A DNA stretch of 64,000 nt from the human T2T-CHM13v2.0 reference genome, Homo sapiens. Shown piece after piece: positions 54,961 through 64,000 of the stretch. Below the pieces are notes generated by a model. That model was not told the origin of the DNA. It did no database searches and saw only the letters and a program-made list of their open reading frames with translations. The position numbers and the translations under genes are program-made. The stretch lies in NCBI RefSeq assembly GCF_009914755.1, contig NC_060948.1, one strand, 5' to 3'. How positions within the stretch are numbered: the stretch's first letter is position 1; each line of letters begins with the position of its first letter.

Positions 54961-57900
54961 TGAATGGAATCGTATGGAATGGCATCAAACGGAATGGAAT
55001 GGACAGCCACGGAATGGAATGCACTCGAATGCAATGGAGTCGAAACTAATGGACTGGAATAGAATGGACTCGACTGGTACGGACTCCAATGGAATGGAAT
55101 CGAATGGAAGGGAATCGAACGGAATGGACTCGAAGGGAAAAGACTGCAATGGAAAGGTCTCGAATGGAATGGAAATTAATGGAATGGAATGGAATCGAAT
55201 GAAATGGAGTCAAAAGGAATGGAATCGAATGGCAAGAAATCGAATGTAATGGAATCGCAAGGAATTGATGTGAACGGAACGGAATGGAATGGAATCCAAA
55301 GGAATGGAATAGAATGGAATGGAATCGAATGGAAAGGACTCGAATGGAAATCACTCGAATAGAATGCAATTTAATAAAATAGGATCAAATGTAATGGAAT
55401 GGAATGGAAAGGAATCGAAACGAAAGGAATGGAGACAGATGGAATGGAATGGAACAGAGAGCAATGGTATAGAAAGGAATGGAATCATCTGGAATGGAAT
55501 TGAATGGAATGGAATAATATGAAATGGAATGGAATGGAACGGAATGCCCTTGAATTAAATGGACTGGAATGGAATGGACTCGAACAGAGTGGAATGGAAA
55601 GTGTTGAGATAGAATGGAATGGACTCGTTTGGAATGGTCTAGTAGGCAATGCAATCGACTGGCAGGGAATCAAAAGGAATGTAATGGAATGGATTGGACT
55701 GGAATGCAATGGACTCGAATAGATTGGAAACGGAATGCAAAGGAATGGAATGGAATAGTATGGAATGGAATGGAAAGGAATGGAGTGGAATAGACTAGAG
55801 TGGAATGGAATGGACTCGAAAGCAATGGACTGGAATGCAACTTTCTTGAATGGACTGGAATCAAACGGAATGGAATGCAATGCAATCAAATGGCGTGGAA
55901 TAAAATAGAATGAAAGAGAATCAAATGGAATTGAATCGAATGGAATCGAATGGATTGGAAAGGAATAGAATGGAATGGAATGGAATTGACTCAAATGGAA
56001 TGGACTAGAATGGAATGGATTCGAATGGAAGGCAAAGGAATGGAATCTATTGGAATGGACTGTAATGGAATGGAATGGAAGGAATTGGAATGGACTCGAA
56101 TGGAATGGACTGCAATAGAAAGGATTCGAATGGAATGAAAAAGAATTGAATGGAATAGAACAGAATGGAATCAAATCGAATGAAATGGAATGGAATAGAA
56201 AGGAATGGAATGAAATGGAATGGAAAGGATTCGAATGGAATGCAATCGAATGGAATGGAATCGAACGGAATGGAATAAAATGGAAGAAAACTGGCAAGAA
56301 ATGGAATCGAAATGAATGGAGTGTTATGGAACGGACTCAAAAGGAATTGAATGTAATAGAATGGAGTGGAGTGGACTCGAATATAATGGACTGGAATGGA
56401 ATGAAATCACATGGAATGGGAACGAATGGAATGGAATGGAAAGGAATGGAATCGAATGGAAAGGAATCGAATGGAAGGGAATGAAATTGAATCAACAGGA
56501 ATGGAAGGGAGTAGAATAGACGGTAATGGAATGGACTGGAATAGAATGGACACGAATGCTCAAATTGAATGCACTCGAATGGAATGGAAACGAAAGGAAT
56601 GTCATCGAATGGAATTGAATCGATTGGAATGAAATTGCATAGAATGGAGTGGAATCAAATGGAATTGAATCGAAAGGAAAGGAAGCGAATGGACTGAAAT
56701 GAAATGGACTGGAATTGAATGGAAAGATATGTAATGGAATAGAATGGAACGACATTTCACGGAATGGAATCAAACTGAATGGAATCAAATCAATGGAATC
56801 AAATCAAATGGAATGGAAAGGAATTGAATGGAGTAGATTGGATTGGATGGGATTGGAATGAAATGTACTGGAAAGGACTCGAATTTCATGAAACGGAATG
56901 GAATGAATTGGAACGGAACGGACTCGAATGGAATGGAATGTCATGGAATGGCATCAAATGGAATGGCATCAAATGGAATGGAATCGAATGCAATGGAATG
57001 CTATGGAATGGAATGGAATGCATTGGAATGGAATGTCCTCTAATGGAATGGATTCGAGTGGAATGGAATCGAATATAATGGAGTCGAATGAAATGGAATT
57101 GAAAGGAATGGGATCGAATACAATGGAATATACTGGAATGTAATGTAATGAACTCGAATGTAATTGACTGGAATGGAATGTACATGAATGGAATGTAATC
57201 GAATGGAAAGTAATCCAATGGAATAGAATCTAATGCAATAAAATCGACTCAGATAGAGTAGAATGTAATGGAATGGAGTGCAGTGCAATGGAATGGAATG
57301 GAATGGAATGCAATGGAATGGAATGCAATGGAATGGAATGGGATGGAATGGTGTGGAATGGATAGTAATGGACTGGAGTGAAATGGACTGGAAAGGAATG
57401 GACTCAAATTGAAAGGGCTCGAAAGGAATGGAGTCAAATGGAATGGTCTGGAATGGAATGAACACGAATGTAATGCAATCCAATAGAATGGAATCGAATG
57501 GCATGGAATATAAAGAAATGGAATCGAAGAGAATGGAAACAAATGGAATAGAATTGAATGGAATGGAATTGAATGGAATGGGAACGAATGGAGTGAAATT
57601 GTATGCAGTAGAAGAGAATAGAATGGAATGCAAGCGAAAGGAAAGGAATGGATTGGAATGGAATGGAATTCATTGGAATGGAAGGGAATGTAGTGTAATG
57701 GACAGGCCTGGAATAAAGTGGAATGCTACGGTCTCGAATGGAATAAAAATGTATGGAATGGAATGCAATGAAACGGAATCGAATGTCATAGAATGTAATG
57801 GAATGCAAAAAAATGGAATCCAAAATCATTGACTGGAAAGGCTGGGTGTCGAAAGGAATTGACTCCAATGGAATGGAATCGAATGGAATGGAAGTGAATA

Positions 57901-60900
57901 GAATCGAACTAAATCGAATGGAATGGAATTGATAGGAACGGAATGGAAAGGAATGCAATGATTTGGCATGGAATGGAATCGAATGGCATCGAATGGAATG
58001 GAATGGAATGCAATGGAATGGAATGTATTAGAATGTAATGAACTTTAATGGAATGTACTCGAATGGATTCGACTGGAATGGAATGTTGTGGAAGTGAATG
58101 GACTCCAATGGAATGGATTCAAAAGGAATGGAATCGTACGGAATGGAATCTAATGGAATGGAATTAAATGGAAATGAATCAAATTGAATAGCACGGAATT
58201 GAATTGAATGGAATGGAATGCAATGGAATCTAATGAAACGGAAAGGAAAGGAATGGAATGGAATGGAATGGGCTGGAATGGAAAGGAATCGAAACGAATG
58301 GAATGGAATCGAACTGAAGAGACTGGAATGGAATGCACTGGAATGGAAGGGAGTGTAATGGAAGGTTCTCGAAAAAAATGGAATCGAATGGAATGGAATT
58401 GAATGGAACGGAATAGAGTCGAATGGAATTGAATGGAATGGAATGGACTAGAGTGAAATGGAATCGAACCACAAGGAATGGACATGAATAGAATGGTCTC
58501 GAATTGAATGGAATCGTATGGAATGGCATCAAACGGAATGGAATGGACAGCCACGGAATGGAATGCACTCGAATGCAATGGAGTCGAAACTAATGGACTG
58601 GAATAGAATGGACTCGACTGGTACGGACTCCAATGGAATGGAATCGAATGGAAGGGAATCGAACGGAATGGACTCGAAGGGAAAAGACTGCAATGGAAAG
58701 GTCTGGAATGGAATGGAAATTAATGGAATGGAATGGAATCGAATGAAATGGAGTCAAAAGGAATGGAATCGAATGGCAAGAAATCGAATGTAATGGAATC
58801 ACAAGGAATTGATGTGAACGGAACGGAATGCAATGGAATCCAAAGGAATGGAATAGAATGGAATGGAATCGAATGGAAAGGACTCGAATGGAAATCACTC
58901 GAATAGAATGCAATTTAATAAAATAGGATCAAATGTAATGGAATGGAATGGAAAGGAATCGAAACGAAAGGAATGGAGACAGATGGAATGGAATGGAACA
59001 GAGAGCAATGGTATAGAATGGAATGGAATCATCTGGAATGGAATTGAATGGAATGGAATAATATGAAATGGAATGGAATGGAATGGAATGGAATGCCCTT
59101 GAATTAAATGGACTGGAATGGAATGGACTCGAACAGAGTGGAATGGAAAGTGTTGAGATAGAATGGAATGGACTCCTTTGGAATGGTGTAGTATGCAATG
59201 CAATCGACTGGCAGGGAATCAAAAGGAATGTAATGGAATGGATTGGACTGGAATGCAATGGACTCGAATAGATTGGAAACGGAATGCAAAGGAATGGAAT
59301 GGAATAGTATGGAATGGAATGGAAAGGAATGGAGTGGAATAGACTAGAGTGGAATGGAATGGACTGGAAAGCAATGGACTGGAATGGAACTTTCTTGAAT
59401 GGACTGGAATCAAACGGAATGGAATGCAATGCAATCAAATGGCATGGAATAAAATAGAATGAAAGAGAATCAAATGGAATTGAATCGAATGGAATCGAAT
59501 GGATTGGAAAGGAATAGAATGGAATGGAATGGAATTGACTCAAATGGAATGGACTAGAATGGAATGGATTCGAATGGAAGGCAAAGGAATGGAATCTATT
59601 GGAATGGACTGTAATGGAATGGAATGGAAGGGATTGGAATGGACTCGAATGGAATGGACTGCAATAGAAAGGATTCGAATGGAATGAAAAAGAATTGAAT
59701 GGAATAGAACAGAATGGAATCAAATCGAATGAAATGGAATGGAATAGAAAGGAATGGAATGAAATGGAATGGAAAGGATTCGAATGGAATGCAATCGAAT
59801 GGAATGGAATCGAACGGAATGGAATAAAATGGAAGAAAACTGGCAAGAAATGGAATCGAAATGAATGGAGTGTTATGGAACGGACTCAAAAGGAATTGAA
59901 TGTAATAGAATGGAGTGGAGTGGACTCGAATATAATGGACTGGAATGGAATGAAATCACATGGAATGGGAACGAATGGAATGGAATGGAAAGGAATGGAA
60001 TCGAATGGAAAGGAATCGAATGGAAGGGAATGAAATTGAATCAACAGGAATGGAAGGGAATTGAATAGACGGTAATGGAATGGACTCGAATAGAATGGAC
60101 ACGAATGCTCAAATTGAATGGACTCGAATGGAATGGAAACGAAAGGAATGTCATCGAATGGAATTGAATCGATTGGAATGAAATCGCATAGAATGGAGTG
60201 GAATCAAATGGAATTGAATCGAAAGGAAAGGAAGCGAATGGACTGAAATGAAATGGAATGGAATTGAATGGAAAGTAATGCAATGGAATAGAATGGAACG
60301 AAATTTCACGGAATGGAATCAAACTGAATGGAATCAAATCAATGGAATCCAATCAAATGGAATGGAGTAGATTGGATTGGATGAGATTGGAATGAAATAT
60401 ACTGGAAAGGACTCGAATTTCATGAAACGGAATGGAATGAATTGGAACGGAATGGACTCGAATGGAATGGAATGTCATAGAATGGCATCAAATGGAATGG
60501 CATCAAATGGAATGGAATCGAATGCAATGGAATGCTATGGAATGGAATGGAATGCATTGGAATGGAATGTCCTCTAATGGAATGGATTCGAGTGGAATGG
60601 AATCGAATATAATGGAGTCGAATGAAATGGAATTGAAAAGAATGGGATCGAATACAATGGAATATACTGGAATGTAATGTAATGAACTCGAATGTAATTG
60701 ACTGGAATGGAATGTACATGAATGGAATGTAATCGAATGGAAAGTAATCCAATGGAATAGAATCTAATGCAATAAAATCGACTCAGATAGAGTAGAATGT
60801 AATGGAATGGAGTGCAGTGCAATGGAATGGAATGGAATGGAATGCAATGGAATGGAATGGAATGGAATGGAATGGAATGGAATGGGATGGAATGGTATGG

Positions 60901-62090
60901 AATGGATAGTAATGGACTGGAGTGAAATGGACTGGAAAGGAATGGACTCAAATTGAAAGGGCTGGAAAGGAATGGAGTCAAATGGAATGGTCTGGAATGG
61001 AATGAACACGAAAGTAATGCAATCCAATAGAATGGAATCGAATGGCATGGAATATAATGAAATGGAATCGAAGAGAATGGAAACAAATGGAATGGAATTG
61101 AATGGAATGGAATTGAATGGAATGGGAACGAATGGAGTGAAATTGTATGCAGTAGAAGGGAATAGAATGGAATGCAAGCGAAAGGAAAGGAATGGATTGG
61201 AATGGAATGGAATTCATTGGAATGGAAGGGAATGTAGTGTAATGGACAGGCCTGGAATAAAGTGGAATGCTACGGTCTGGAATGGAATAAAAATGTATGG
61301 AATGGAATGCAATGAAACGGAATCGAATGTCATAGAATGTAATGGAATGCAAAAAAATGGAATCCAAAATCATTGACTGGAAAGGCTGGGTGTCGAAAGG
61401 AATTGACTCCAATGGAATGGAATCGAATGGAATGGAAGTGAATAGAATCGAACTAAATCGAATGGAATGGAATTGATAGGAACGGAATGGAAAGGAATGC
61501 AATGATTTGGCACGGAATGGAATCGAATGGCATCGAATGGAATGGAATGGAATGCAATGGAATGGAACGTATTAGAATGTAATGAACTTTAATGGAATGT
61601 ACTCGAATGGAATCGAGTGGAATGGAATGTTCTGGAAGTGAATGGACTCCAATGGAATGGATTCAAAAGGAATGGAATCGTACGGAATGGAATCTAATGG
61701 AATGGAATTAAATGGAAATGAATCTAATTGAATAGCACGGAATTGAATTGAATGGAATGGAATGCAATGGAATCTAATGAAACGGAAAGGAAAGGAATGG
61801 AATGGAATGGAATGGGCTGGAATGGAAAGGAATCGAAACGAATGGAATGGAATCGAATTGACGAGACTGGAATGGAATGCACTGGAATGGAAGGGAGTGT
61901 AATGGAAGGTTCTCGAAAAAAATGGAATCGAATGGAATGGAATTGAATGGAACGGAATAGAGTCGAATGGAATTGAATAGAAGGGAATGGACTAGAGTGA
62001 AATGGAATCGAACCACAAGGAATGGACAGGAATAGAATGGTCTCGAATTGAATGGAATCGTATGGAATGGCATCAAACGGAATGGAATGG

Positions 62091-62130
62091 ACAGCCACGG
62101 AATGGAATGGACACCCACGGAATGGAATGC
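62091..62130. repeat. Private 20-bp tandem duplication in U18
   Basis: ACAGCCACGGAATGGAATGG followed by ACACCCACGGAATGGAATGC; all other units have a single copy. Confidence 0.92.
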
Positions 62131-62658
62131 ACTCGAATGCAATGGAGTCGACACTAATGGACTGGAATAGAATGGACTCGACTGGTACGGACTCCAATGG
62201 AATGGAATCGAATGGAAGGGAATCGAACGGAATGGACTCGAAGGGAAAAGACTGCAATGGAAAGGTCTCGAATGGAATGGAAATTAATGGAATGGAATGG
62301 AATCGAATGAAATGGAGTCAAAAGGAATGGAATCGAATGGCAAGAAATCGAATGTAATGGAATCGCAAGGAATTGATGTGAACGGAACGGAATGGAATGG
62401 AATCCAAAGGAATGGAATAGAATGGAATGGAATCGAATGGAAAGGACTCGAATGGAAATCACTCGAATAGAATGCAATTTAATAAAATAGGATCAAATGT
62501 AATGGAATGGAATGGAAAGGAATCGAAACGAAAGGAATGGAGACAGATGGAATGGAATGGAACAGAGAGCAATGGTATAGAATGGAATGGAATCATCTGG
62601 AATGGAATTGAATGGAATGGAATAATATGAAATGGAATGGAATGGAATGGAATGGAAT

Positions 62659-64000
62659 GCCCTTGAATTAAATGGACTGGAATGGAATGGACTCGAACAG
62701 AGTGGAATGGAAAGTGTTGAGATAGAATGGAATGGACTCCTTTGGAATGGTGTAGTATGCAATGCAATCGACTGGCAGGGAATCAAAAGGAATGTAATGG
62801 AATGGATTGGACAGGAATGAAATGGACTCGAATAGATTGGAAACGGAATGCAAAGGAATGGAATGGAATAGTATGGAATGGAATGGAAAGGAATGGAGTG
62901 GAATAGACTAGAGTGGAATGGAATGGACTGGAAAGCAATAGACTGGAATGGAACTTTTTGAATGGACTGGAATCAAACGGAATGGAATGCAATGCAATCA
63001 AATGGCATGGAATAAAATAGAATGAAAGAGAATCAAATGGAATTGAATCGAATGGAATCGAATGGATTGGAAAGGAATAGAATGGAATGGAATGGAATTG
63101 ACTCAAATGGAATGGACTAGAATGGAATGGATTCGAATGGAAGGCAAAGGAATGGAATCTATTGGAATGGACTGTAATGGAATGGAATGGAAGGGATTGG
63201 AATGGACTCGAATGGAATGGACTGCAATAGAAAGGATTCGAATGGAATGAAAAAGAATTGAATGGAATAGAACAGAATGGAATCAAATCGAATGAAATGG
63301 AATGGAATAGAAAGGAATGGAATGAAATGGAATGGAAAGGATTCGAATGGAATGCAATCGAATGGAATGGAATCGAACGGAATGGAATAAAATGGAAGAA
63401 AACTGGCAAGAAATGGAATCGAAATGAATGGAGTGTTATGGAACGGACTCAAAAGGAATTGAATGTAATAGAATGGAGTGGAGTGGACTCGAATATAATG
63501 GACTGGAATGGAATGAAATCACATGGAATGGGAACGAATGGAATGGAATGGAAAGGAATGGAATCGAATGGAAAGGAATCGAATGGAAGGGAATGAAATT
63601 GAATCAACAGGAATGGAAGGGAATAGAATAGACGGTAATGGAATGGACTCGAATAGAATGGACACGAATGCTGAAATGGAATGGACTCGAATGGAATGGA
63701 AACGAAAGGAATGTCATCGAATGGAATTGAATCGATTGGAATGAAATCGCATAGAATGGAGTGGAATCAAATGGAATTGAATCGAAAGGAAAGGAAGCGA
63801 ATGGACTGAAATGAAATGGAATGGAATTGAATGGAAAGTAATGCAATGGAATAGAATGGAACGAAATTTCACAGAATGGAATCAAACTGAATGGAATCAA
63901 ACCAATGGAATCAAATCAAATGGAATGGAAAGGAATTGAATGGAGTAGATTGGATTGGATGGGATTGGAATGAAATGTACTGGAAAGGACTCGAATTTCA
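62659..64000. repeat. DYZ1 unit U19 (partial, runs off the window)
   Basis: Anchor at 62659; private 1-bp deletion GAACTTTTTG at ~62951-62960. Confidence 0.92.

Larger units (their letters stand above)
44896..62658. repeat. DYZ1 units U14-U18 (3563, 3548, 3539, 3549, 3564 bp); more diverged from ~49 kb onward
   Basis: Anchors at 44896, 48459, 52007, 55546, 59095. Lengths are fully accounted for by the 1-, 5-, 15- and 20-bp indels and AATGG-run lengths seen. Confidence 0.92.
1..64000. repeat. DYZ1: Human Satellite III array, Y-specific DYZ1 (HSat3) ~3.56 kb higher-order repeat; GGAAT strand on +
   Basis: Seen: diverged GGAAT pentamers throughout, with unique landmarks recurring every 3539-3574 bp. 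Each unit has one HaeIII/StuI site (AGGCCT, GGCC at 2219-2222) and one EcoRI site (GAATTC 2180-2185). Known: DYZ1 is the ~3.56 kb HSat3 repeat of Yq12, classically released by HaeIII or EcoRI. TTGAATGGAATGGGAACGAATGG (2083-2105) and GGACAGGCCTGGAATAAAGTGGA (2214-2236) match, from memory, the classic DYZ1 sexing primer pair, spanning 154 bp here. Confidence 0.96.

Noticed and set aside
8-63900. Hundreds of 60-310 aa ORFs (MEWNG.../FHSIP... repeats)
   Set aside because: These are the expected translation of (GGAAT)n and (ATTCC)n, which lack stop codons in pure form. They overlap in several frames, recur with every unit and show no domain or gene structure.
1-64000. CRISPR-like or other repeat-spacer array
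   Set aside because: There are no constant repeats separated by unique spacers. The variable parts are degenerate pentamers that recur identically in every unit, and no cas-like ORF is present.
1-64000. HSat2, DYZ2/HSat1B, Alu/L1 insertion, telomeric repeat or inversion
   Set aside because: I see no CATTCGATTC-dominated HSat2 pattern, AT-rich or Alu-containing segment, poly(A) tail, TTAGGG run or strand switch anywhere.

Overview
The whole 64 kb is a single uninterrupted, single-orientation array of human Satellite III (GGAAT on +, CATTC on -). It is organised as ~3.56 kb higher-order units, and unit size, the single HaeIII and EcoRI site per unit and landmark sequences match the Y-specific DYZ1 (HSat3) repeat of Yq12 heterochromatin. 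Anchoring on the landmark GCCCTTGAATTAAATGG gives 18 complete units (U1-U18) and a partial U19, with lengths 3574, 2076, 3569, 3559, 3559, 3574, 3558, 3574, 3558, 3564, 3574, 3558, 3564, 3563, 3548, 3539, 3549 and 3564 bp. I see no genes, RNA genes, transposons or CRISPR arrays; the ORF track is a by-product of translating pentamer repeats. Three kinds of structure are worth attention. (1) The consensus unit carries three perfect tripartite heat-shock elements (nGAAnnTTCnnGAAn), about 48 in the window by manual count, with copy-specific gains and losses. (2) One unit has a 1513-bp deletion with a 13-bp microhomology junction. (3) The array records a nested duplication history, with 3559-bp, 7132-bp, 10,696-bp, 3563-bp and 7088-bp periods and apparent gene-conversion patches. 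All comparisons were made by eye and from ORF-track offsets, not by alignment. I found no evidence of a new protein-coding system.
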